DNA of 53,068 bases from a virus. Taxonomy: Duplodnaviria > Caudoviricetes. This document shows positions 32,816-42,965 of the stretch, piece by piece. How positions within the stretch are numbered: the first letter of the stretch is position 1; every line of letters starts with the position of its first letter. The notes under the pieces are model-generated. The model saw only the letters and a list, made by a program, of their open reading frames with translations. It was not told the origin of the DNA and searched no databases. The position numbers and the translations under genes were made by a program. The stretch is from positions 1-53,068 of the IMG/VR virus record IMGVR_UViG_3300037762_000317, one strand, 5' to 3'.

Positions 32816-34817
32816 CGTTCACCGGCTCGTCCACCCCGATCAGCCGGTACTCGCCGAGGTCGTCGGGGTCGACGAGGTCGGCGTTGACCGCCCGGTAGAT
32901 CCGGTTGCTGGTGGTCGCGGCGGCGCCGCCACCAGGGTTCGTCACCGCCAGGCTGACGGCACCCGCATCCACGTCGACCGTCGCGACGTAGGTGGGGGTC
33001 GCGGGCAGCGCCCAGCTGGTGGTGAACTGGTTCGTGTCCGCCGCCGACGCGATCCCCTCAAAGTTGTAGGTGATCAGCTCCGCCTTATAGGTCGTCGCAT
33101 CCGACAGCTGGAACGCGACGACGAGTTCGCGGGTGTCGGTGTCGGCGACGATCCCCGTCGAATACAACTCCTCGTTCGTCGCGTTGAGAATGCGGATGCG
33201 GTAGGCGGTCTGCTCCGTCACCGTCCACTGCACCGTCACCAGCCCGGCGGTGACGGTGTCGAGGTCGTCAGGTTCGTCCATCACCGGGTTCACCGGCGTC
33301 GACCCGACCAGCGTGAGCGCCTCGCTGTACGGCCCGAACACGATCCCGTCCGACGTGGCCGCCGTGTACACGGTCACATCCAGGTCGATGCCGTTGTTCG
33401 CCGCCGACAGCTCGAACATCCCGTCGGTGTTCGCGAAGCTCGTCTCGCCGGCCTGCCACGCGGACCCGGTGTAGTACTGGATCGCGCCGCCGTTGACCTG
33501 CCGGCGCAGCTTGATCGCGGTCAGCGGGTCGCCGTCAGCGTCAAAGTGCTCGAGCTGCATTGGGGTGGGGATCGACTGGTCGATCGGCCCGGACAGGGTC
33601 ATCCACATCGGCGCGGACGGCGGCGTGTTCCCGATCGTCAGGCTTTCGAAGCGGACCTGCCGGTTGCCCGCCGAGACAATCGAGTAGGCGAACTCGATCT
33701 TCTTCATCTTGTAGCTGCCCGGCCGCGCCGTCAGCGAGTTGCCCGACACGACGTCCGAGTTGATCTGCACCCACGACGCCCACGTCCCCGCGCTGCGGTC
33801 GAAGAACGTGTACCACGGGAACCCCGTCGTCGCGCCCGCCGCGACGATGTACGGGTCATACGTCGCGTAATCCCAACTGATCGTCAAAGCGATGATGTTG
33901 CCCAACCCGGGCGCGGGCGGCGTCCTCGTTTGGCGGGCGTTGTCCGCCGCGTTCATCTCGTGCATCAGAATCGTCGTCGGCGCGTCGTCGGGGACCACCG
34001 CCGCGCAGAAGAAGTCGCCGTCGAAACAGCTCGAGATCAACCCGGCGACCCCGTCGTCGTTCGCCATCGGCCGCTTCGTGCCGATCCCGTCATACGACCC
34101 GATCCCCTTCGCGGGGATCCGGATCATCTTGTGCCGCTCCGTCGCCTCCGGACTGAGCGACGCATACGCCAGATACACATCCCCGTTCAGGAACTGGTTG
34201 TCGTTGCCCGAGTGGCGCACGGCGCCGGTCGGCCAGCTATTGAACGACGAGCCGCCCTGCACCAGCGTCTGCGGACCCGACGTGAAACTCCGGTTGTTCG
34301 ACGCCGAATGCTTCGTGTACCGCCAATAGACGTTCTTCGACGCGACGGACATGTAGAAGAAGTGCACGCCCTCGACGCCGGAGCACACGTCGACGTCGGC
34401 GTGCAGCGAGTTGGCGGCTTCCGCGATCACCCTCGTCTTGTCGCCGTCGGTGTCGACGTCCGACCACCGCAACGTGGTGGGTGTCGAGTCGAACACGCCG
34501 CGGCGCATCCGCAACTTGAAATCCGACAGCGTCACATAGGTGACCCACAGGCATTCGTTCTGGATGCCCTTGCCGGTGTCCATCCGCATGCTCGCGCCAC
34601 TGGCGACGTCGACGTTGGAGATGCGGACGGCGGTGTCCTCCGTCCACGACGTGCCGTTGTTACTCGACCAGTAGAACCGGAGTGTGTCGTCGGAGTCCCA
34701 CAGGACGCACATCCACAGCACGTTCGTGCCGAAGCTGACGGTGCGGTCGAGCTTGCGCTGCGACGCGTACTGCAACGGCGTCGTGGTACCGGTGACGAGA
34801 ACGACGTTACTGGCCAT
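32724..34817 (-). CDS. minor tail protein (propeller-like N-terminus, Ig/FN3-like C-terminus)
   Basis: 697 aa; SSNNGTSW BNR-like motif; QTAYRIRI and VRYRVVAV FN3-like strands; position after the tape measure gene. Confidence 0.7.
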   Translation of the reverse strand: MASNVVLVTGTTTPLQYASQRKLDRTVSFGTNVLWMCVLWDSDDTLRFYWSSNNGTSWTEDTAVRISNVDVASGASMRMDTGKGIQNECLWVTYVTLSDFKLRMRRGVFDSTPTTLRWSDVDTDGDKTRVIAEAANSLHADVDVCSGVEGVHFFYMSVASKNVYWRYTKHSASNNRSFTSGPQTLVQGGSSFNSWPTGAVRHSGNDNQFLNGDVYLAYASLSPEATERHKMIRIPAKGIGSYDGIGTKRPMANDDGVAGLISSCFDGDFFCAAVVPDDAPTTILMHEMNAADNARQTRTPPAPGLGNIIALTISWDYATYDPYIVAAGATTGFPWYTFFDRSAGTWASWVQINSDVVSGNSLTARPGSYKMKKIEFAYSIVSAGNRQVRFESLTIGNTPPSAPMWMTLSGPIDQSIPTPMQLEHFDADGDPLTAIKLRRQVNGGAIQYYTGSAWQAGETSFANTDGMFELSAANNGIDLDVTVYTAATSDGIVFGPYSEALTLVGSTPVNPVMDEPDDLDTVTAGLVTVQWTVTEQTAYRIRILNATNEELYSTGIVADTDTRELVVAFQLSDATTYKAELITYNFEGIASAADTNQFTTSWALPATPTYVATVDVDAGAVSLAVTNPGGGAAATTSNRIYRAVNADLVDPDDLGEYRLIGVDEPVNVTFVDYPPSGVAVRYRVVAVSATYTTALGA

Positions 34818-34832
34818 GGGCGGATTATCGGG

Positions 34833-35606
34833 TCATGTGACGCCGTAGACCGACAAGCTCGAACCCGACAGCCACAAGCCGACCGGCAGGAACGCCCGCA
34901 CATCCGTCACCGGATCCGTCAACGTGTCGATGTACCCCCCGACCGTGATGATCTTGTTGCTCGCGGCGCCGGCCCCGATCCGCGCATACGAGTCGATCCG
35001 CACGCCCTTGATCAACCCGGACGCGGCGTAGTTCGGGATCAGCATCTCGAACGTCGACCCCGCGTTGCCCACGTCGAACTCCCACGCCACCTGCCCAGTG
35101 ATGTGCTGATCGATCAACCCGACGCCGCCCGACGCGACGATCGACGAGCGGATCCCGAAGTAGTTCGCGCTGGTGATCGCGTTCAGCCGGATCCGGACGG
35201 TCACGAACGCGGCGCCCTGGTTGTGGTTGAGTTGCCCCAACAGCCGCAGATGCCGGTACGTCCCCGGGATGCTCGACACGATCAGGTTGTCCGTGCCGCC
35301 CGTGGCCGTGCCGATGTGCACCATCGCACCCGCCGCCGCGACGACGCCGGTGTGCGCCGGATCGATCCGGCCGACGATCGTGTACGACCGCCCGTTGAAC
35401 GCCAAGCTGACCTTGTCGCCCACCGCATATTCGACCGTGTCGTTCGACCACGCCGGATGCGCCGCCGGACCCACCGCCACCGTCGTCGCCGGCACCTGGT
35501 CCGCGTCGATCGCCGTCACGATCCCATGCACCACCCGCTGCCCCTCGGTGCGGGCGATCTGCTTGCGCGAGATAGCCGCGACCCGCTCCCGACGACTCCT
35601 CCTCAC
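34833..35606 (-). CDS. minor tail protein
   Basis: RBS GAGGAG; OB-like N-terminus; SSIPGTYRHLRL...GSSLSVYGV fibre domain. Confidence 0.7.
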   Translation of the reverse strand: MRRSRRERVAAISRKQIARTEGQRVVHGIVTAIDADQVPATTVAVGPAAHPAWSNDTVEYAVGDKVSLAFNGRSYTIVGRIDPAHTGVVAAAGAMVHIGTATGGTDNLIVSSIPGTYRHLRLLGQLNHNQGAAFVTVRIRLNAITSANYFGIRSSIVASGGVGLIDQHITGQVAWEFDVGNAGSTFEMLIPNYAASGLIKGVRIDSYARIGAGAASNKIITVGGYIDTLTDPVTDVRAFLPVGLWLSGSSLSVYGVT

Positions 35607-35846
35607 AACGCGCGCTCCTCTGTCAGTAGCCTGGCAGCAGTATCCCAGCGCGGCACCCATGCGAGCGCCAACCTGGTAGCGTGGGGCATCCGGGGTCTCA
35701 TCACCCGAGGCAGCCGTCGTCTAGGTAACCAGCGGACGCGCTGGCTAACGCCGGGCGGCTCCCGACGAGACTCGATGACTTGGCTGAGGCGGACGCGCCG
35801 TATGAACGCCGGTCGAATCTCAGGGTGATGAGGCCCTGGCACCTTT

Positions 35847-36974
35847 TCAGTGGCCGCCGTGGCCGACAGTCTTGACGAGCGTGTGGTTCATCGTCATCGC
35901 GAACACGTCCATCGTCCACTCGTCCGTTAAGAACCTCGCGTCGATCCCCAAATGCGAATCGGTCACGTGCACCACGTCACGGTGATCGTGATACGGACAC
36001 AGATCCGTCTCCAACGTCAACCGTTGCTGCGCATGCATGGTTTCCGCGACGATCTTGTCGCCCTGCGCGACAAGATCCGCCTGCGTCAACGCTTCGACCC
36101 GCACCGGCTCAGCAGGGAACACTCCGCCCCGCTCCACGATCGAACACGGCCCCTCGCTGTCGTTCTGCACGGTGTAGATCCCGTCGCCCTCCGAGATCGG
36201 CGTCGCCCGATCCACCTCGTCGATGTAGAACGTCCAATGGTTCGGCGTGCTGGTGCAGTCGTCGTCGTAATCGCCCGCGCCCACCACCACACTGCTCGTG
36301 GGCGAGTCCGCGTCGTACGTCCACGACGACGGCCGCTGCCCACAATTGATGATCGGGCCGGCCACCGCCACCCCCGTCGTCGACATGGACAGGGTGTCGT
36401 AGCCGACGTTGCCCAACAGGTCGTTGATCACATCCAACGTGGACAGCTGCTCGGTGAACACCCACGTCCGCGACTCGGCCAGCAGATCCGCGTTCCGCGC
36501 CGGGTCCAACCGCACGTCGGACACGCCCCGCGAGTTGATCAGTTGCTCGACATACTCGAGCACCGTCGTCGTCCCCGCCCTGGCGGTGAACGGAGCGATC
36601 AACGGCCAGTCGATCAGATACAACAGATCGAACCCCGTCACCTGAAACTCCCTCGGATCGGCGTCGCGGTTCCGCGGCGCCCTAGTGGTAGCGAACACCC
36701 CAAGAGGAATGTCCTCGTCCATCAACCCGCTTGACGACCGGATCGTGATATACGGCGCGACCCGGTGGCGGCCCCAATGCAACTCTCTGGTGGTGGTCAT
36801 CGTGATCGAACGGTTGATCGGCTCCGACCTGGCGTAGCTGATCGACATGGCGGAGATCTGGTCGCCGAACTCGTCGAGCACCGTCCCGTCGATGTCCAAC
36901 AGGTCGCAGCGCAGCGACACCAGCTCGAGGTGCGGCGCCTCCAACAGGGCGACCCGCTCCGCATGCGACAACAC
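35847..36974 (-). CDS. minor tail/baseplate hub protein
   Basis: IPLGVF...VTGFDLLYL...INDLL pattern; second gene after the tape measure gene. Confidence 0.75.
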   Translation of the reverse strand: MLSHAERVALLEAPHLELVSLRCDLLDIDGTVLDEFGDQISAMSISYARSEPINRSITMTTTRELHWGRHRVAPYITIRSSSGLMDEDIPLGVFATTRAPRNRDADPREFQVTGFDLLYLIDWPLIAPFTARAGTTTVLEYVEQLINSRGVSDVRLDPARNADLLAESRTWVFTEQLSTLDVINDLLGNVGYDTLSMSTTGVAVAGPIINCGQRPSSWTYDADSPTSSVVVGAGDYDDDCTSTPNHWTFYIDEVDRATPISEGDGIYTVQNDSEGPCSIVERGGVFPAEPVRVEALTQADLVAQGDKIVAETMHAQQRLTLETDLCPYHDHRDVVHVTDSHLGIDARFLTDEWTMDVFAMTMNHTLVKTVGHGGH

Positions 36975-36976
36975 GG

Positions 36977-37402
36977 CTAGACCGTCACCGTCAGAGCCGG
37001 CGGCGGCGTCACCACAGCGAACGTGGCGGTGATCGATGACAGGTCAACCGCCGGGTACTCGGTGACCTGCAGCGACTTGCCCTTGAACGATCCGTACACG
37101 ACCCGCCCACGGGGGTCACGCAGCATCAGGAACTCGTTGGTGTCCACCCAGCCGGTGTTGTCGCCATTCGTCAGCGTCTCCCGGTCGGCGCGCACCACAT
37201 GGTCGAACATGAGGTCCAGAGTGCGCAGTATCCCGGGCGCGGACCGGCTGCGCACATTGCCGCGGCCGTACAACCGCTCTTCCGCTGTCCCCGATGTGGC
37301 CTCGCCGAGCTGGCGGCCCTTCAACTTCAAGTAGACGCTCAGGTCGGAGACCTTGTGTAAGAAGACGACCCGGTCGATCGTGACGGTCACAATGGTCGCC
37401 AC
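36977..37402 (-). CDS. minor tail protein (distal-tail-like)
   Basis: GTG overlapping the TMP stop; LMLRDPRGRVVYG. Confidence 0.65.
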   Translation of the reverse strand: MATIVTVTIDRVVFLHKVSDLSVYLKLKGRQLGEATSGTAEERLYGRGNVRSRSAPGILRTLDLMFDHVVRADRETLTNGDNTGWVDTNEFLMLRDPRGRVVYGSFKGKSLQVTEYPAVDLSSITATFAVVTPPPALTVTV

Positions 37403-40008
37403 TAGCGGCCTCCGCCCATCCGCAACCTGGTGTCCTCGCGGTCCTCGCGCCGGTCGATGATCACATTCACCTTCTTGTCGATGACCTCGTCGTCGCCGAT
37501 GAATACCTGCACGGTGATGCCGCCAGCGGGGATGATCGACTCGCCACGATGCACCCTGGCGAGCCCGCCGCGGGACACGTACGGAGTGCCCTCCGCGAAC
37601 GACCCGACCCGGTCGAGCATCGCCGTGCTCGCCGTCCGCGCCATCGCCCGGCCCAACCGGTCCATGAAACTGTCGCCGCCGATCCGGTCGATGATCCGGT
37701 CGATCGCCTTGCGGATCATCGCGGCGAAATCGAACGCGCTGCCCGACGCGTGCCACTTGCGGTTGAACCGCGAATCGAACGCGCCGTCAGCGGGCGGCCC
37801 CCACGCGCTCGTGCCGTGCCCCCCGCCGGCCTCAGCATTCGTCCCGTCGACCGTCGCCGCCATATGCCCAGGGTTGCCGACATACGACCCGATGTTGAAG
37901 TTCCCCCGACGCGGCGCCAGGCCGGCGACGACGCCGTTGCCCGCTGAAATCGAGGAGGTCGTGAACCGGCGGCGGAAGAACGGCGGCTTGCCCTCCCACA
38001 CATTAAGCAGCGCGCTGACCCAACCGGAGCAGTCGAAGTTCGGGCCGACGCCGCCCCACCGGTAGCTGTTGCCGTCGTACTGGCGGGCGAAGTTGGCGAC
38101 CGCGATCGGGCCGCCCGCGGCGTACTTCGGCGCCCACACCCACCCGCCGTCCGCGTAGCGGCGCGCCGGGTCCCCGCCGGTCGGCGGCTCGCGCCCCCAG
38201 CGATTCAGCTTCTCCAGCGTGGCGACGCCGATCCGGTCGACCGCCTTACGGGACAGCACGAACTCGCCGGGCGTCAACCACGCCCGGACCGTGTCGCCCA
38301 TCCCCTGGCCGCCGACCTTGCCGCCTTCGGCGAACTCCTGATCCCGCGTGCTGCGAGCACCCGTCGTGTTCCCACCCGACGTCCGCCCCAACGGCGACAG
38401 CGTCGGCCCGCCGAACGGCTTCGACACGCGGTTCCACAGGCTGATCAGCGGGTTGATCACGTTCCTGCGGATCCTGTCGAGCCCCGCGATCATCCGCGTC
38501 CGAATCGTGGCCATCCCGCTGCTCGACGCCGCCGCCATGTCCGGCCACACGCCACTCCAAACCCGCTTCAAGGCGCCGCCGAACGTGCGCCAGTCGCCGC
38601 GCTGCGCGGCCTGGAACGCGTCGCCGATGCCGGTCATCCGGTTGAGGTTCCGCTGCTCGGTCTTCGTGTTCTCGGCCCAGATGTCCCGCCAGATGATCCC
38701 GAACTTCTCACCCCACGTCAGCGTCTTGTTGCTGACGAGCCGGTGAAAATCGGCGACGTCTCCCACGCCGTCGTCGAGCTGCTGGTTCAGGATGCGGCGG
38801 TAGCGGCGCCAGGCGTCGCTGCCCTCGTCGACGCCCTCCGGCACTCGCACGCCGATGAACTTCGTGACCGCGTCCGCGTGGTCGGGGATGTGCTTCTTGC
38901 GGCCCACGTCGAGGGTGGCGAAGAAATCCTCGAACGCCGGGATCAGATCCTCCTCGATGACCGGGATGACAGTGCCGCCGACATACTCGGTCAGCTTCAT
39001 CAGCCCCTTGCGGCGCCACGTCTCGATCTTGGTCTGCGCGTTGTCATACGCCTTGTTCCCGACCTTGACCGTGTCGGTCAGCTCCTTCTGACCCTCGACG
39101 ACGTCCTTCAGGATCGGGACAGCGTTCTTGCCGAGGTCCTCGAACGGCGTGCCCATCAACGCCACACCAGCGCGGGCGCGCTCCGCTGGGTCCTCGATCC
39201 CTAGGATCCCCTCGATGATCCGCTTGGTCATCTTCCCAGCGGTCTCGCCGCCCTTCGCGAACGCCGCCTCGACCTCGCCGACGTTCAACCCGATGGCCTT
39301 CAACCCCTCCTTCGTCAGCTCCGAACCGTCGAGCGTGCGGATCCCCAGTTCCTTGACCGCGTCGCCGACCTTGTCGATCGCGTACTGGTTCGTCGCCCAC
39401 TTGCTGGTCAACGCCCCCAGAATGTTCGAGCCGTCCAACCCGACCTGCGCGAAATGGTTCGAGTACTCGTCCAACGCTTGAATGACCTCGTCGGTCGGCC
39501 CCTTCGTCTTCTGCAACGCCGTCGCGACCTGATCCATCGCGGTCTTCGCGTCCGGCGCCAACCCGTTTGTCAGCAGCTGCTGCGCGACCCGCACGATCTC
39601 GTTGAAATCCTGGTCCCACACGTCCGCCGTGGTCGCCGCCGACTCCGTGACCTTCTTCAACGCCTTGTCGGTCAGGTCCGGGAACGCCTTCATCGTCGCC
39701 GAATAGAAGCCCTGGACCTCCTCAAGCGACTCGCCCCACGCGTTGGAGTACGTGTCGCCCGCGAGCTTGCCGAGCTTGCCGGCCTCCCGCGACGTCAACC
39801 CCAGGCGGGCCTGCAGCTTGTCAACGCCGGCGTCGATGTTCAGCGCCTGGCTGATCTGCTCGCCGACCTTAGCGGCGACCCACGCGGCGCCGAACCCGGC
39901 GGCGGCCTTCGCGCCGAGGCCCTTCATCTCGTCGGCCCAGTTGTCGGCGCCCTTCTTGAGGTCGTCAAGGCCCTCCTCGACGAACTTGACCTTGATCGGG
40001 CGGGCCAC
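37402..40008 (-). CDS. tape measure protein with C-terminal NlpC/P60-like domain
   Basis: helical TMP core (DKVGDAVKELGIR, GTPFEDLG); AWLTPGEFVL; YRWGGVGPNFDCSG...GHMA. Confidence 0.9.
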   Translation of the reverse strand: MARPIKVKFVEEGLDDLKKGADNWADEMKGLGAKAAAGFGAAWVAAKVGEQISQALNIDAGVDKLQARLGLTSREAGKLGKLAGDTYSNAWGESLEEVQGFYSATMKAFPDLTDKALKKVTESAATTADVWDQDFNEIVRVAQQLLTNGLAPDAKTAMDQVATALQKTKGPTDEVIQALDEYSNHFAQVGLDGSNILGALTSKWATNQYAIDKVGDAVKELGIRTLDGSELTKEGLKAIGLNVGEVEAAFAKGGETAGKMTKRIIEGILGIEDPAERARAGVALMGTPFEDLGKNAVPILKDVVEGQKELTDTVKVGNKAYDNAQTKIETWRRKGLMKLTEYVGGTVIPVIEEDLIPAFEDFFATLDVGRKKHIPDHADAVTKFIGVRVPEGVDEGSDAWRRYRRILNQQLDDGVGDVADFHRLVSNKTLTWGEKFGIIWRDIWAENTKTEQRNLNRMTGIGDAFQAAQRGDWRTFGGALKRVWSGVWPDMAAASSSGMATIRTRMIAGLDRIRRNVINPLISLWNRVSKPFGGPTLSPLGRTSGGNTTGARSTRDQEFAEGGKVGGQGMGDTVRAWLTPGEFVLSRKAVDRIGVATLEKLNRWGREPPTGGDPARRYADGGWVWAPKYAAGGPIAVANFARQYDGNSYRWGGVGPNFDCSGWVSALLNVWEGKPPFFRRRFTTSSISAGNGVVAGLAPRRGNFNIGSYVGNPGHMAATVDGTNAEAGGGHGTSAWGPPADGAFDSRFNRKWHASGSAFDFAAMIRKAIDRIIDRIGGDSFMDRLGRAMARTASTAMLDRVGSFAEGTPYVSRGGLARVHRGESIIPAGGITVQVFIGDDEVIDKKVNVIIDRREDREDTRLRMGGGR

Positions 40009-40254
40009 TCAGCTGCCTTTCGTCCGCCGCGCCACCCGGTGCCTGCGACGCTGGTCGAACCGGGTGAGGAACGCGGTCAGCTCTTGGGGGTCGACGTCGA
40101 CCGGGCGAATGTCCTCCTCCGGTTCCTGCGACGCTGCGGCCGTCTGCTCAAGCTGGTCGAGGTCTTCGAGGAGCCCCTCGACCTCAGACAGCCACATGTG
40201 TTCCTCGAGCTCCCACGGCGCGTATCCGTAGACGCGGCGGATCAGCGGCAGCAT
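40009..40254 (-). CDS. tail assembly chaperone, downstream (T) frame
   Basis: lies in the -1 frame relative to the upstream chaperone, directly before the TMP gene. Confidence 0.6.
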   Translation of the reverse strand: MLPLIRRVYGYAPWELEEHMWLSEVEGLLEDLDQLEQTAAASQEPEEDIRPVDVDPQELTAFLTRFDQRRRHRVARRTKGS

Positions 40255-40271
40255 CGGCCGCAGCCGCCGCC

Positions 40272-40649
40272 TCAGGCTTCCGGGGCGGCGCCGTCCTCGT
40301 CGGCGGGCGGTTTGTCGAGCACGTCGCGGACGCGGACCTCCGCGGCGACGTCGACATAGCGGGTCTTGGGCTCGACGCGGCGCAACGCCAGCCACAGCAT
40401 CCCCGCGAACCCGGGCAGCTTCCCGTCGCCGACGCTGCGCCACAGATCCAACCCGGTGGTCTGCTCGAACCTCAGGTAGTCCAACGCGGTGAAGTCACGC
40501 AGGTCGACGCGGACCGTCCGGGACTTCCAGCGGATCCACCACACCGGCTGCGAATCGACATCCTCATCGGCAGGTTCGGGGGCGGCGCCGTTGAGCTGCG
40601 TCCCATCGGCGTCGATGTCGACGTCGGGGTAGTCCATCGTGTCGCTCAA
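40272..40649 (-). CDS. tail assembly chaperone (G)
   Basis: position; ends GCC CCG GAA GCC TGA with an overlapping open -1 frame. Confidence 0.65.
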   Translation of the reverse strand: MSDTMDYPDVDIDADGTQLNGAAPEPADEDVDSQPVWWIRWKSRTVRVDLRDFTALDYLRFEQTTGLDLWRSVGDGKLPGFAGMLWLALRRVEPKTRYVDVAAEVRVRDVLDKPPADEDGAAPEA

Positions 40650-40658
40650 GATCGGCTC

Positions 40659-41096
40659 CTATCCGAGGCGTGCCGTGGCGACGGCCTGATCGATGACGGT
40701 GTCCATGTCGCGGATGACGCGACGGCGGGCGCGACGCACAGCCGGGAAGAAGTAGCGGCCCTCGCGGATGAACGGCCGCGCCTCGGTGTCGCGAGGCCGC
40801 CGGCCGCCGTGGTCCAGCCACGGCACGTACGACCAGCGGTCGTCCTGGTGGCGGGACACGTAGGGGATGATCCCGTCGGCGCCCGAGCGGATCGCCGACG
40901 TGGCGTGCCCGCCCTTCGTGGGGCCGCGCGGCATCGGCCGGCGCGCGTCGTCGCGGACCGTCCTGGCCAGATCCCGCATCTTCTTGCGGGTGCGTTTCTC
41001 CAGATCCCGGTTGAATTCCCGCAGACCCCGCTGGATCTCGCGGGTGTCGACCTGCATGCGCAGCGGCGCACGCGACGCGAACGTGGCCATCACCAC
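40659..41096 (-). CDS. HK97 gp10-like tail completion protein
   Basis: basic; MPRGPTKGG...YVPWLDHGG...EGRYFFPA. Confidence 0.7.
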   Translation of the reverse strand: MVMATFASRAPLRMQVDTREIQRGLREFNRDLEKRTRKKMRDLARTVRDDARRPMPRGPTKGGHATSAIRSGADGIIPYVSRHQDDRWSYVPWLDHGGRRPRDTEARPFIREGRYFFPAVRRARRRVIRDMDTVIDQAVATARLG

Positions 41097-42094
41097 ACCG
41101 TCGTGTCGCGGGACATGTACTCGATCTTTATCGGGTTGTTCGTGCCGTCGTAGAACCCGGTGAACGGGTGCGTCATCTCGACCGGGCCGACACCGCCGAC
41201 CGCAGGGGTTTCCCCGTCGAACCGGATCTCGGGGATCGTGATCTCGACCTCCTCGAAGAACGACCCAGAGATCACCGACCCAGTGAAGTTCAGGATCAGG
41301 TTGACACCGGTGTCGGCCTCGAACAGGTCATGCAAGGTGGCGGTGAGGAACCGCGCGGTCAACGTGCCGCCGGCGGACCGGAAGTCGTTCAGCTCCGGCT
41401 CGCCCTTCAACCCCGTCGATCCCAGGAAGTACGCTTCGACGTCCAACGGGTTCGTGCCCGTCACCTCGGTCGACAGGACCTGCGCGACCGGCGTCCCCGC
41501 GATCGTGATCGCGCCGTCCTGGAACGTGAACACCCCACGGACGGGTTCGCCGAGCCCCTCGATCACGGCCGTCGACCCGCCCGACACCATGTTCTCCGCG
41601 TCGACCGACACGGTCAACCTGGGCACCTCACCAACCGCGACCGACAGCGACCATTGGGGGATCTTGCAGCCCTCCAGTACGAAGCCCTTGACGACGGTGC
41701 CGGCGCCGTCGCGGATTACCTTCTGGATGGTGATGCCCTTGTTCGTGAGCGTGCCGGTCTGGTGGGTCTGCAACCACGCCGGCGTCGCACCCTGCTGCAC
41801 GACCGTCGACGTGCCGCCGAGCGCGTGGTTGAACCAGATCCCCATCCCCTGTTTGCCGAGCGCCATGGGGATGTCACCGTTGGACGTGCGCGAGCTGATC
41901 CGCCGGTCGGCGCCGTGACGGAACGTCACCGGCCCGCCCGTGATCGAGTCGGCGGTGATGATGTTCTTCTGCAACCGCAGCGTCTCGCCGGCGAGGAACG
42001 GGAACCGGCGGGTCACCGGCACCGGCGTGCCCCACGTCGTTTCGACACCGGCCGCCAGCAGCGTCCGCAACCCTTGACCGACGGCCATGCTCAC
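41090..42094 (-). CDS. major tail (tube) protein
   Basis: GVETTWGTPV...GCKI...TPAVGG tail-tube pattern. Confidence 0.8.
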   Translation of the reverse strand: MSMAVGQGLRTLLAAGVETTWGTPVPVTRRFPFLAGETLRLQKNIITADSITGGPVTFRHGADRRISSRTSNGDIPMALGKQGMGIWFNHALGGTSTVVQQGATPAWLQTHQTGTLTNKGITIQKVIRDGAGTVVKGFVLEGCKIPQWSLSVAVGEVPRLTVSVDAENMVSGGSTAVIEGLGEPVRGVFTFQDGAITIAGTPVAQVLSTEVTGTNPLDVEAYFLGSTGLKGEPELNDFRSAGGTLTARFLTATLHDLFEADTGVNLILNFTGSVISGSFFEEVEITIPEIRFDGETPAVGGVGPVEMTHPFTGFYDGTNNPIKIEYMSRDTTVW

Positions 42095-42121
42095 AGCTCC
42101 CAGTTAGACGCAGATCGTTGG

Positions 42122-42149
42122 CGGCATCCTACTGACACGCTGCTGACAT
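42122..42149 (-). promoter_or_regulatory. putative late promoter, copy 2
   Basis: ATGTCAGCAGCGTGTCAGTAGGATGCCG upstream of the major tail gene. Confidence 0.65.
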
Positions 42150-42174
42150 CCGACGGCACCGATCCCCACCTCTA

Positions 42175-42203
42175 TTGACACCACGGGTCCACGGTGTCAT
42201 ATT
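42175..42203 (+). promoter_or_regulatory. sigma70-type promoter with inverted-repeat operator
   Basis: TTGACA-N17-CATATT; TGACACC-N10-GGTGTCA. Confidence 0.7.
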
Positions 42204-42281
42204 GGGTGGTGACCGACAAACAAGCGGCCCCGGCGGAGCGGGCATCACTCCCCGGAGCCATGAACCACCAGACAGGACCTG

Positions 42282-42962
42282 ATGATCATGACCACCCTAC
42301 AAACCCAACCCGAACAGACACCCAAACGGCGCAGCTGGTTCCTCCGTCACCCGCTGTGGACCTTCGTTCTCGTCCTCGCCGCCATCGTCGTCGTCTTCGC
42401 CGGTTCTGCTGACCCCGCAGCGGACACCACGCCTGAGCCGGCGGAGCCCGCAGCCGAACCCGCCGAACCGGTCGATGAGCCCGAGCCGGATACCGCCGCC
42501 GCAGTCGAAGAGGCCGAGGACAATTTTGAGCAGGCGCTTGAAGAAGCCGAGGATGCCGTTGAGAGAAACAAGTTCGTCAAGGCTGACTATGAGGATCTCA
42601 CGGCCCGCGAGTTCGCCAAGGTCGTCCGCGATCCCGACGCCCACGTAGGTGAGAAGATGCTGCTGTTCGGCGAGGTCTTCCAGTTCGACTCGATGACCGG
42701 CCCTGACCAATTCCTCGCGTGGGTCGACGGCGACCGCGACACCGAAGGTGAGGAGTACGGCTTCGTGTCGTATGACCACACCGCTTTCCTCACCGATGAG
42801 CAGTTGGAAAGCCAGCTCGGCGACGTCGTGGAGGGCGATCACTTCGCCGCCTACGCGACGGTGGTCGGGTCGTTCGACTATGACACGCAGATCGGCGGGT
42901 CGACCACGGCGGCTGAGTTCACGGTCGAGAAGATCAAGGTCCTACCCGCGCTGGAGGGGTGA
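42282..42962 (+). CDS. membrane-anchored extracellular protein (moron; OB-fold-like C-terminus)
   Basis: TM helix, Pro/Glu linker, VVRDPDAHVGE...GEVFQFD...YDTQIGGSTT. Confidence 0.75.
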   Translation: MIMTTLQTQPEQTPKRRSWFLRHPLWTFVLVLAAIVVVFAGSADPAADTTPEPAEPAAEPAEPVDEPEPDTAAAVEEAEDNFEQALEEAEDAVERNKFVKADYEDLTAREFAKVVRDPDAHVGEKMLLFGEVFQFDSMTGPDQFLAWVDGDRDTEGEEYGFVSYDHTAFLTDEQLESQLGDVVEGDHFAAYATVVGSFDYDTQIGGSTTAAEFTVEKIKVLPALEG

Positions 42963-42965
42963 CGC

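Noticed and set aside
33546-35828. 760-aa plus-strand ORF and other long antisense ORFs (24641-25945, 45332-46429)
   Set aside because: Shadow frames of GC-rich minus-strand genes with no recognisable motifs.
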